NCBI RefSeq assembly: GCF_947568905.1
Contig: NC_079166.1
Span: forward strand, 26,784,001-26,848,000
Reading direction: 5' to 3'
Source: Ostrea edulis
Taxonomy: Eukaryota
DNA length: 64,000 nucleotides
The translations under genes and the position numbers were made by a program. Numbering within the stretch: the stretch's first letter is position 1; each line of letters starts with the position of its first letter. Below, piece by piece: positions 24,505 through 36,232 of this stretch. The notes beneath the pieces were generated by a model, which ran no database searches, was not told the origin of the DNA, and saw only the letters and a program-made list of their open reading frames with translations.

Positions 24505-25795
24505 AGTGCATTTCTCTTTCTCATCTTCACATTCTTTTGTCCCTGTTATACTATATGTTGTGGTTGGTATTTCTGTATAAATTGCATGCAAGGTTTTTCT
24601 CTGCAGAAAGAATAAATGAGAAAAATATTGGTTCCTCCAAATTTATTAACATCACCAAACGGGATCTGAGGTATAATTTTTTTCTTTACCAGTGTGAAAC
24701 CGTTAACAGGCATAGAACAAGAACACAATGATTTAGACCTGAATCATTGACAACCATTGAAGCTGCACGTGTGCGTGGGCTGACATCGATTACACCAACA
24801 GTGTTTATATTTAAAAAGGGGCAAAACTCTTGCACAGCATGCACAAACATTTGACTAATACACCCAAATACTTGGAAAAAAATTCAAGCCATTTCCACAA
24901 CTGTTAGCCTTGGGTATATCATATAAACCAAATAAAAGTTAGAATATTCATTGCATAACAAATGTTTAGATTTAAATATTTTTTTCTTGAGCTCCATAAT
25001 AATGCTTTAGCTCTGGTCAATTTTAAAAACAAAAAAGAGAAACCAAAACATCTAAAAGCGATCATTTACAAAACATAAAAAGATCATTTAAATCAATGAC
25101 TTCAAACATAATCAAATACATAAAATACCTCCACGCTATTACCGGTAAACAGCTGATAGCTAATTGAAAGCTGGAATGGAAATTGACAGAAAAATTTCAA
25201 ACACATGTAAAATGTCAAAAGTTTTAGACAAGATTTATAAACACAACATATATTGTCTATCACTTTTCTCAAAATGCAAAAAGTTCTCGGAGCCAGTTAT
25301 CAAATCCTTAATGTTTCTTTAACATTTGTCTTCAAGTCCTGGGCATACATAATCAAGTCTAACTTGACATCCTATTCTTAAACTAGAGGAGCAAACTCGG
25401 TTTAGTCCACAATTTACTTGCATAAGTACACATAATTTGATTACCAGACTTCAAAAGGCAACCTAGTATCTGACTAGATCGAGTACAATGGTTTCATTTA
25501 GGTACCTGTATTGGTACACTGTATATTGAATGCCGCCAAGGACAAAACACGTAATGAAAAAAGAAATCGCTGTTAGAAGATCATCCACATATTTACATGT
25601 AATGAAAACAGGGTACTTGCCCATCATCATGAATGAATGAATACAAATACTTTTATAAAACATGAACATGGAAAGTCTACAAATCATGCAGTATTTAAGC
25701 TACTATCATGTACAGCACAGTACACATGCACTCGGAGTCAAACCACTCGAACAACATGGATATGTAGACAAACGCGGGAACATACGGTGGCTAAA

Positions 25796-27832
25796 TCATT
25801 GCGTCTTCTTTTCCCGGGGTTTCCATGACTTCAGAAGTTGATATGAAAAGTACACACCAAATGCATGAACCTGAATGGCTATGAAAAGAAATAGGTAGAA
25901 CACGAGAACTGCCGGGTATCCAAAAAACTGTCCTTGGAATCTTTTTTCATTTAAATATGCGTATAAGTCATCACTTTGTTCAACGAACCCATAGACCACG
26001 GGAAGAATACCGAAAATTACAGATCCCACAACATACTGCTTCAGAAGTCTGATTTCATTCCTGGCCATGGAACGCCACCCTACCATCACCGCCATCAGGC
26101 ACACGACCCACGCATACTCCCAAGGTCGCGGCGGTGGAAAGCTCCATTTTCTTAGCGTGGATACTGGTCCGACACCGAGGAATGAGGTCAGTCCGGGCAG
26201 GATTCTCACTATCATCAGCAGACCCAAGGAAAGATGAACAATAAGGTCGGTCCGTAACCGGGACTTGTTCAGGGAACTACAACGAAAACGAACCCATTTG
26301 AAGAATAATACATAGAAAGTGTGTATGTGCATCACAAGCAAAGTGCCATGTTTTATGATCACCATACTATCCAATTCAATCATGTGCCTGGGTTAATAAA
26401 TACTGAATACTGTATAGCATACAATTCTATTTCCTTTCAGTTTTTGCAGATGAATTCCAAGACTGCAGTGAAAATGTAACAACACTCTGGACATAATATG
26501 GTACATTTCTTATGCAGTTAGACCTCCAGATTTTTCCCCCTCTGGTTTTAGCGTTTAGTCTAATGGTATTCAATTGACAAATAATATTTTGATTTAATAC
26601 AATGATACAATACCTACATCAATCAAGTCATTGCCATTATATCTCACTGTTGTGTTTTATGAAAAGCCAGCGGGGGTCAGAATTCTATCCCTGTAGCTGT
26701 GTATTTACACAATGTACCACAGAGCAACACGTGATGAGTTTCAAATGACCATGCAGGAACGAGTAGTTAACACAGACAAATGGTTTTTAAGGAGAACAGA
26801 ACATTTTGACCTGGAACAGTGCCCTTGATGGAATGTGTGATGTGAGAACAGAACAATTTTAGTTCAGAATGGAATGGTTCATTTGGTATTATATAGTAGC
26901 TTTACTTTAAGGTTTGCAGTACATTTCACCCACCTGATATCATGTATGCATATCATCAAATATTTACATTTCCAGTGTTTTTGCCTTTGGTATATTTTTA
27001 CAAATTGTAATGATAGCAATTTCCTCATGATTTATTGCAGTTGTGAACAATGAGCGTATGAATCTTGATATGTATAGTAGTTAAGGCTATATTGACAGTG
27101 TCTATCAGCCTGGATAGCTCAGTGGTTAGAGCACCTGACTAGTAATTCAGGGATCCTGGGTTTGATTCCCGATCCTGCAATAGATGTTCTCCTTTCCCCA
27201 CATTACAAAAGTATCGTACATCTATCTTTACGGCTAGCAAATGTTGACAGAAATGAAAGTAGAATGTAACTATAAGAAATAAATCTCATATCTAAAAAAT
27301 ACATGAACACCATTACTAATGCACTTTGTGAAGTGTCACAGTTTATACCTTCATGTACTGCATTTTAAATATACATGTGGTATATATCAGCACTCAATAT
27401 ACAGATCTACATCATAAATCAATCGTTTTTTGACAAATCCCTTAGGTTTTACATCACAAGTTTCACACAAAATATAAATGAAAATATGTCATTTTCAATT
27501 GTGAGAATTATTTACAAAGAACTTACTCTTTCATCCACGGTGCACTGTTAAACATTTTCACTGATACCGTAGCCTCCCTAAAACCCAACTACTTGTACAT
27601 ATCTTCTGGCAGGAAATACTATAGCCTACCAGTAACATCTGATACAATATCTCGAGATGCTGCACATTATTTAATTTACCATCAGACAAAACACAGACCA
27701 TCACGTTACATCAATACAATAACGTAGAGCTTTGACCTCATACCTAAATTTATATTGCCAGGCAACACTCTCCCTGTGCCAGTGATCGCTCCCGTCCGTA
27801 CCAATAGGTCGAGATCCATATTTGGATGCCAT
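25796..27832 (-). CDS. JAGN1: Protein jagunal homolog 1 (ER membrane protein), 189 aa. Exons 27744-27832 and 25796-26276
   Basis: N-terminus MASKYGSRPIGTDGSDHWHRESVAWQY matches the jagunal signature (GTDGSDF.HRE.VA). Exon 2 has WEYAW, four hydrophobic segments, IAIQVHAFGVYFSYQLLKSW and a basic C-terminal tail. A single phase-2 GT-AG intron. Confidence 0.95.
27071..27207 (+). mobile_element. tRNA-Thr(AGT)-like sequence within a short TGTA...TACA unit (SINE head or Helenus-type solo LTR)
   Basis: 27106-27180 GATAGCTCAGTGGTTAGAGCACCTGACTAGTAATTCAGGGATCCTGGGTTTGATTCCC follows metazoan tRNA-Thr(AGT), but the acceptor stem is broken. The unit begins TGTATAG and ends ATTACA. No matching TSD. Confidence 0.55.
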
Positions 27833-28150
27833 GTCGCCGGCTCTCGATTCCGAAATGCAACGTTTCACTTGCCGGGAAAACCTTTTCCGGTGTATCGCTT
27901 AAATCATTAAAGAAATATAAATGAGAACCTTTCAAAATTATATCTTATCGATATGGTACAGCTGGATATGAAAAATATTGTTTTATTCAAAGGGATTGGT
28001 GGACGATAAATCTAAATATTTCATACCGTGAATCAAACAAATAATTTTTTTTAATGTTGTAGGAGATGTAAACAAGTGTCAACTTGCTCAAGTTGTAGAA
28101 GGTTTTCGTGATCTTTTTTTAAACATTTTCTGTAAGTTTCAGAATTCCAG
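27833..28150. promoter_or_regulatory. Putative bidirectional promoter between JAGN1 and IRAK1BP1 (318 bp between start codons)
   Basis: Divergent ATGs at 27832 (minus) and 28151 (plus). CpG-containing stretch with a TTCCGG ETS-like motif near 27886. Confidence 0.55.
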
Positions 28151-29214
28151 ATGAGTTTATTTAAACCATCTCATGTTTTTGCTAATCTTCCTGATACAGC
28201 ATCAGAAATGAACAAGATGAATTCATTCGCAAATAACGAGAACCAAATAACAGAGGCCAAGATTGACAACCGTGTAATCCAAGTTTCCTCTGTTGGAGTA
28301 GTGACGTTGCCTCCTGACAGATGCAAACTAACCGCTAGAATAACATCAACAAAGGAAAATGTTTCAGACGTTAAAGAGAGCACCACAAGAAGACTAGATT
28401 ATATAATACAGACGTTTCATAATCATTCAGTAAAGGTTAGTGATTCAAGTTTTTAAGGCAATTGATGTGAAATGTTAGGTTAGAATCCATTTGTGATGGG
28501 TGTGCAAACTTTTTCATAATGATTATGTTAGGGTTGTGTATTGGTCAGATTTTTTTGTGATGCAATGTATAATAATTTGAATAAGCAATTTATACTGAAT
28601 TCATTTTATGAAGTAATTCAAATTACATTGTACCAAATGAAAACTTTTAATCAATAAATTAGTCTATTACACCATGGCCAAACGTCATTTGGATACACCC
28701 ATTCCTATGCAGGATACAATCGTGCTTTTAACACAGAGTACAACCAACCACTACGGCAATTTATTATGGAGAATGTAGATGTCCATGAAGAGGGGTTAGA
28801 AAGTGGCCCAAATTTTTATTTATACATATAATATTAAGAATAGATAAAGCCTATCAGGTGATGGGATGAATTCTGGTTTGAATGATGATATAACATTCAG
28901 TCAGATCCCATACCACTTTCTCAACCACTTCAACTTCAACAGAGACTCTACAAAATTTTGTGTAAATTGGTCTCAGTCCTTCGTTTTCTTCATTTTGTTA
29001 GAAATAGAAAACTTCACAAAAAATTCAATATAACCACTGAAAGACAAAATTATTAGAAATGTATACCATAAACATCAGGAAGAAAACTTTACAATTATTT
29101 TTTTTTTTTTTTTTTTTTATTTCACTCAATCAACATACATTTGCACAAAAGTAGATACAAAAGAATATGAATATATTTAAGCGTACATATATATATTATA
29201 ATGTTCATTTTCTT

Positions 29215-29265
<51 letters not shown>

Positions 29266-29767
29266 GGAGTCAATTGACTAATGGAGACCATTTTTCCCAG
29301 TCCATTTTAAATTTATCTAATTCATTTCTTTCCTTATAACTATCCAGGTTGATTTGATACAATTGTTTCCAATCATTTATAAGGGCTTTAAGTGTTAGCT
29401 GATTTTTTTGACATCTATTCCTATATATATATTTTTTTATTATTATAAGTAATGCATTGTATGACCTTAAATGTTTTTGTTTTGTATCACCAAATATAAA
29501 AGTTTTGACATCAAATTCTATTTTAATCTCCTTTGAATTGACTTTACAATTATGACGATCATTAATGATAATCATTAATCAGACTATAATGCTGGACACC
29601 CACCATTTGAGATGTCATTGAAAGTATAACATAGGATACACCAATCCTAATACATTGACAATTTGCAACGATGCATGTTTAAATATCTTTTGTGTTCCCA
29701 TCTGGTGTTGTCATGTTTTTAAAATTTGAATGCTGAACGTCATTGTTTATTACAAGATATACGACCT

Positions 29768-29815
<48 letters not shown>

Positions 29816-32800
29816 TTATTTTTGTACACATACCGGTATATCAGATATACAATAATATTATATCCAGAGAAGAAGGGGGAAAAAAACAAAGCATATGAGC
29901 TGAAGGTATGTGTGGTTTGAGAAAGAAAGCTAGAAGAAGAGGAAGAGAGAGAAGTTAAGAAAACAGAAGGTTCCATCGATTCCATTGGGCATCAAACTTT
30001 TCCTTTTTACCATTTTTATACGAAATAAATTTTTGAGTTTCATAAAAAAAATTCATTTGTGAAATTGCAGCACGCACACTCAAGGACTTCTCAGTGCATC
30101 TTGCTGTGTACACATAGTATTTAAGACCTAAATTATTATTATTATTTTTTTAAATATATATATATTTTATTTTCCAGAGCCTATTCTATAACAATAATGA
30201 TAGTAATAATAAAATACACTATAGGGTACATGTAGCTGTCAGGGATGAAGCCCTGGCTAAGCTCCCTCAAAATTTAACAAGACATTTCCTACTGTGCCAT
30301 GCAGGGCACATTCTATAAATTCTATTCTATAATGTACAAGCTTAAGTATATTTATCTGTCTAGCGTATTATAATGTATATAAAAAAAATTATTATATGTA
30401 TCAATTATGATATTTGTTTGGATAAAAAAAAACCAAACCATGCATTCTAGTATACTTTTTTTTTAAAGAAAAAGGAACATCACTATAGATGAGATGATTT
30501 AAGATTTGATTCATAAAAAATAATGTTATTTAAATAGACTGAAGAATTAATATACCGCTCATGCTGCCTTAAAAGTCCACACACACCAACTTAAGAGTCC
30601 ATAGATGACCCTTAGGCAGCCAAGCTGGGAGACAGGTTACTCCCGGAAGTAGCGGTTTATTAAATACATTTATAATATTGATTTCAATCACACACAAAAA
30701 TAAACCTTGTTACTATGAATAATTTCATAGTGTGTATTATAAAAATATACAATGTGATGACAGTATACACACATATACATATACACACACGAGTCCATAG
30801 ATGACCCTTAGGCAGCCAAGCTGGGAGACAGGTTACTCCCGGAAGTAGCGGTTTATTAAATGCATTTATAATATTGATTTCAATTATAACAATTAATATA
30901 CCGCTCATGCTGCCTTAAAAGTCCACACACGCCAACTTAGAGTCCATAGATGAGTCCATACACACACATATACATACATGTCACAAAACATTACCTAGTT
31001 TTTTCTATAACATCCATATTTAGATTACATTTACAGTATTTCAAAATTTTACACCAAAATAAAACTTTTTGTTTGATATGGTTCTGTACATTGTATTCCT
31101 GTTTATCCACATTTTCTAGTCTACAGAACATCTTTTAAGAGCAACAAAAGATATGATATTGCTTAACAATTGTATCTTTCTGTTATTTTCATGATGAAAT
31201 CCAATCAATATATCTTTCCATCCTATGTTAACTTTTGTGGTGAAACTTACAATTTTCCAAATGTTTTGTACATTTTTACATTTGAAAATCAGGTGTTCAA
31301 TATTTTCAGTCATATCACATAAAAAACAATTTCCATTTTGCTCTTTCTTCCACTTGCTCAGCATTTATTTGATTTGTTGAATATATATATCTGTTTCCAA
31401 TCTTCTTGGTTTATTTCATATTCAGTTTGAATTTTTTTCTGATACAGGGGATATATAAATTTACTTCTTAATAAAACTTCATAAAAGATATTACATCTTA
31501 TATTATCTAAAATATGATACTCGTTTTTATGAAATAAGAATGTTCTTTTATTTTTTATGTTAACAAACTTTGCCTAATTTTTTAGTTTTTCAATTAGATT
31601 TTTGAAGACTGATTTAACAACCTTATATTCATTCACATATATACATGTAAAAAGTACATTAAGTTGTAAAGCTTACGACATAAATTATAATTGTTCCAAA
31701 GGGGAGAAAAATTTCAAGAGGGCTTTAGTACTACATTCCATGTCTCCACTTTCAATAGCATGTAAACCATAGGTGCCAAGCTCGAGTTATTACATTGTAC
31801 CACAAAAATTAATCAATTCTTCTATCAGTGGGGTCCTGTGGGGATCCAGGTTCGAATAGGTCCTCAGTATCCCTTGCTTGCTGTAAGAGGCAACTAAATG
31901 GGGTTCCCTCTCAATTTATTCTGTTTGTGTGTGGTATAACACCAAACTTGTAGACATTTTTAGCTATATTGATTTCATACATCATGTATAGCTTTGTTAT
32001 CAAGAGAGGAAGAATCCTATTGATATTGAAGTTACAGATAAAGCTTGTAGACACTCATTGTAAAGGAATATGCCCTGTCTTGTGGAGCTTGTGATTTTTG
32101 GCCCAAGTTGACCTGACAGGAGACCTGTATTGATGTATCAGTATATTAGAACACAAATCTGATTTATCTATTCACTGTTAAACGATCCTTTGTTTCATTA
32201 TAGGATTCAGACATCCAGATTAACAAAAGCATGCGCCGTGTGGAATCCATGTATCAGATGGATGTGGAGGTATCCGCACTATTCATCGACCTCCATAAAT
32301 GTCAAAATGTTTCCAACCTTCTAGTGGAGAAACTGGACCCGACTGTGACTGTGTGTCTGCCCGATTTCTTTCACTCATCCGTAACTCTGCAGAATCTAAG
32401 GTGGGTCTCTCCTGCCTTTCTCTGTCCATACACATTGCTGAAACAGTCCTGTGCTGTCAGTTTTTCATATATCTCTTTCATGCTTTGGATATAATTTATA
32501 TAGTCATTGTGCTCTATGGTGCATACATGTACAGTATATATTAATTGTCTTGTACTGCTACGTACAAAAAAGTATTAAAAGCCAGGCTGTTTACTTGCAC
32601 CCATTTATTATTAAGTGCAAATTTTACTCTATGTGTGTATATTATGTATTTGTTTTGTGATGCGTCCACATGCACTAGCACACCATGTGTAAATCAGTAT
32701 TAAATTAGCCATTTCCAAGTAATATGGATGTATTTTGAAGACAAGGAGTGAGATGGATATTTCCATAAATTATATAGCCATAGGTTTTTCCATTTATATT

Positions 32801-33377
32801 TCAAATGTTATTTGAAATAATAGCTGAACTTCCTGTCATAAGGTCTCGACTCACCTTTCTAATACAGGACATGATGCAATTTTAAAGAAAACTATAAGCA
32901 GTATGATTTTAATATTGACAATTTCAATAATTTGTTCATGTGTGTAAATTTTGCCATATGTTCACATGGCTGATGATACACAGGAGTAAATTTACTCATA
33001 TGTAAAAGTATATTAATTTTCACCTAGTCGAACTACATGCATATGTTTCACTAGGAGTAAAAATACTCACATGCAAACTTTACTTTCCCCCAGTTCACAT
33101 GCACCAATATACACTAGGTGCAAAATTTGTGTAAAATGGTGAATGTGAACATGGCTTAAGACCCAAAAGTAATACCATACAGTTTCTTCACGGATCACTG
33201 GATGTGGGCAGAGCTCATCTATGGTCATTGTTATTTACCTGGAATTTACCTGACCAAATGATCAGGGTGTTATGTATACTTTTGATATACACAGGACATG
33301 TGAGTTTCAGTGTGATAGTGTTTGTATAATGGTTGTATCTCTAAGGGTAGCTGACACCCATCTACACCCACCACCAC

Positions 33378-33426
<49 letters not shown>

Positions 33427-34428
33427 TCTCATTCATTGGCTGCATGAATAATTTCTTTTATAAATGTAGAGCTAATCATAGATTAATAATATAAATTATT
33501 TCAGTAAGTTACAAGTTTTAAATTTCTGATTGTGTAATTTATAAAACATGCATATAGAGGAGAAAAGAATACAATTACATTAAAATTGCATTGGAGGAAA
33601 TAGCAGTTGTGGACAGGTCCATGCTATCAAAACTCAGGTATACTGGACTTCCTCAAGATCTAAAGAATGGCTGTACTAATTGACTGTTATTGCTATTGAA
33701 ACACCTCTCTGGAGTCCCTCCAGACCACAGTCTCTGCAGATGTCACTCCCCCTGAGATCTATTGTTAAATGTTTGAATGACAGGTGGCTTACCATTTGGG
33801 GGTGTTAACTTCAAATTGGGTCTTTAAAAGTGTGTATGTACTGCTGTGTGTTCTGTACAAGTATTATGTGTGTGTGTCCCTTTTGTATGTTATGCATAGA
33901 AGTATTTTTTTTTTGACAACATATATTCAGGTAGTTAGTCAGGATTTTTACACATCCCTTACAAGCCGACCTGACCTGGGGGTACTGGGGTTTAATATTC
34001 CCACTCTTTCACTCACACATTCTCATGGACAGACATTCACTCTAAATAGTATATTTTAAGTATTTATTTTGGTATAAATGGAAATCTGACTTTAAATCGT
34101 ATTTTCTTGAAGTCAATGATACTGCAGCTGTTAATGATGCTGTTTTCATTTCAGACACCAAGCTAGTTTACTTGCCATTCATAATGCAAAACAGAAAGCT
34201 CAAGAAATGGCTAAGTTTGTGAACCAGTCTGTCGGGCGACCCATCAGCATCAAGGAACAAGAAAACAAGGAATGGCAGGGGACCGAGGACTCTCCCGAGG
34301 AATTCAATACCCCCAGAACTCTACAACAGAAACTAAACAATGCAAGTGTGACTGTCTCTAGCAAAATCTCTATCACTTTTGAACTGAAACCGAAAGTGAA
34401 AAAGTCAGGACCAGATGCCAAGAGTTAG
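28151..34428 (+). CDS. IRAK1BP1: IRAK1-binding protein 1 (SIMPL domain), 251 aa. Exons 28151-28435, 32204-32400, 34155-34428
   Basis: RVIQVSSVGVVTLPPDR...TSTKENVSDVKESTTRRLDYIIQ, RRVESMYQMDVEV, NLLVEKLDPTVTVCLPDFFH, QASLLAIHNAKQKAQE...VGRPISIKEQENKEW and KISITFELK align with human IRAK1BP1 motifs. 756 nt in frame, GT-AG junctions. Confidence 0.93.
29098..29535 (-). pseudogene. L1/Tx1-type LINE 3' end (ORF2 C-terminus, (TC)n, poly(A))
   Basis: ...FIFG...YNALLIIIKKYIYRNRCQKNQLTL...FKMDWEKWSPLVN* is a typical L1/Tx1 ORF2 tail. T-run at 29098-29119. Confidence 0.75.
29769..30130 (-). pseudogene. Second L1/Tx1-type LINE 3' end
   Basis: LGLKYYVYTARCTEKSL...(frameshift)...KNGKKEKFDAQWNRWNLLFS* (stop at 29955-29957), with a long poly(A) tail (T-run from 29769). 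Confidence 0.72.
30131..31640 (-). pseudogene. Third L1/Tx1-type remnant with CCHC knuckle and long 3' UTR
   Basis: NCFLCDMTENIEHLIFKCKNVQNIW (Cx2Cx8Hx4C, zf-RVT-like) at about 31230-31335 and degraded upstream ORF2. AATAAA (30166-30171) and an A/(TAA)n tail. The assignment of 30131-31000 as its UTR is inferred. Confidence 0.7.
31833..31903 (+). mobile_element. 5' fragment of the headless Deu/Nin-like SINE
   Basis: GTCCTGTGGGGATCCAGGTTCGAATAGGTCCTCAGTATCCCTTGCTTGCTGTAAGAGGCAACTAAATGGGG. Confidence 0.8.
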
Positions 34429-36232
34429 CACCGTTTTCTTGTGTGTTAGATGGTCTTCGTGTGCGAGATGTCATGCTGAAGTCGATCTGATTTTTATTCA
34501 GAAAGAATAGCACGAGTTTGACTGACAAGCACAAATGTGTCCTAATGAGTTGATAAATTCCATAAACAGTGCAACTTTATATCTGTGATGAAAACAAATA
34601 GATTTTTTTAAAGTCTTAAACACAAGCTAGATACCTTTCTCTCAGTATGTTTGTCTTCTATGTAACTAGTACACTGTTTGCGTATTTGTATGTTTGTTTT
34701 TGGGCGTCGGAAACATAACAAGCTATTATATGCCAACAGATTTCTCAGTTTCGGGGACATGCTATAAATTTGTGTTGACAATGTGCTAAAATAGTATTTT
34801 GTTAACTGTTACAGTGTGTGTGTGGTGGGGGGATCTCATCCTTCCCTACATGGGTTGAATTCACAACTTCTCATTCACTCATTCAATGCTGCTGAAAAGG
34901 GAGTCACCCAGTATCTGCATATGAACATAACAGAAAATGATCAATGTTAAGAGGGGAGGGGGGGAGGGGGGGCAGGCAGACTCCCATCACCCAGATTCTA
35001 TATGTCTGTACAGAGAGCACATCTAGTGTATATTTTACGTATAGTAATGTTTTTCTATTGTTTCTACACGAAATGGCAGAGTAATGTGATAGTAAATATG
35101 TAAATAGTATGCAATGGTATTGTTTTAATTTTTCATATAGAAACGTCAATATTTGAAAATTAGTACATTGGTTAAAATTTTGTTTTACATTATACTGTAA
35201 TATCTTTGGTTTTAAAAATAAGTAAATGTTCAAGCTTAAATTGTCAGATTGTAACAGTATTCATCAGATACAACTGCATCTAAAAATTCTCCTGAAACAT
35301 TTATTTTCAAGTTGGAATTTTTCAGTTTTTTATGTTTACAATTTCTACAATCTGTTTTATCTTCTTTTTTCCCCATATATCGCTTATCCCATCCAAGAAA
35401 TCTAAATATCAAAATTACTTCATATTTAAGGCAATTTCTATATGATCAGTTCAGCTATTCCTAATTTCTTATACACATCACAGACATGTATAATAACATA
35501 TTATTTATGTCTCTGTGTGTATTCATCATAGCGCGATCGATGATATTAAAAACATCTTTATTTTATTACATGCGTACCTAATATTCGGATTCCTTTATTA
35601 TGATTCAAGACACAATGCATACGTTGTTGATAAAAATCAGAAATATTATAAAAGAAAGGAATTTTACAATATGGGAATTGAGATTGCGTTTTTAAAAAAA
35701 ATTAAGGATTTGCACCTGACGTTTTAAAATTGAACAAAAGATGAGAAAACGACTCGGCAAACACAACACCTCGAGAGCATGACAACAAAGATAGAATGCA
35801 TTGAAATCCATCATTTCAACTCGATAAATTTCTCGTTTGACTGCACACGCTTCTGACTAGTGTATTGAGGTAATGAGATTATTGGTGCATTGGCGTAAGG
35901 TGCTAGGGTAACACCGCCTTGGTCACGATTGAGGGATCGCGCGACCTTAAATATGGGATACCGTGTGGCGAATGGACGATTTAAACGACAGATGTTCCTA
36001 AGCGAGATGAATGCTCCAGTCACCAGCTGCGAGAAACAAAATTCACCTCAAAGCAAACAAAGACGCTCCTTCCCCAGGTCTATCCGGCATGTAATGTCAA
36101 ATCCTCCTGTCGAGGGCTAAAACGGCTGCCAGGCAGACAGATTTGCCCCTCCTGTATTAGACAGAAAGTTTCAATAAAGAAATTCGTCTGTTGGTTTGTG
36201 ATTAGACCACAGATAAAGAATCAGAAGGGGAA

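Noticed and set aside
26731-26830. GTGATGA as a C box of an intronic snoRNA
   Set aside because: On the strand opposite to the host JAGN1 transcript, with no D box (CTGA) or terminal stem at a suitable distance.
27106-27180. Functional tRNA-Thr gene (also 41268-41340 and 61298-61372 as tRNA genes)
   Set aside because: Acceptor and/or anticodon stems do not pair properly and there is no oligo-T terminator. They are treated as transposon-borne tRNA-like sequences. tRNAscan-SE would settle it.
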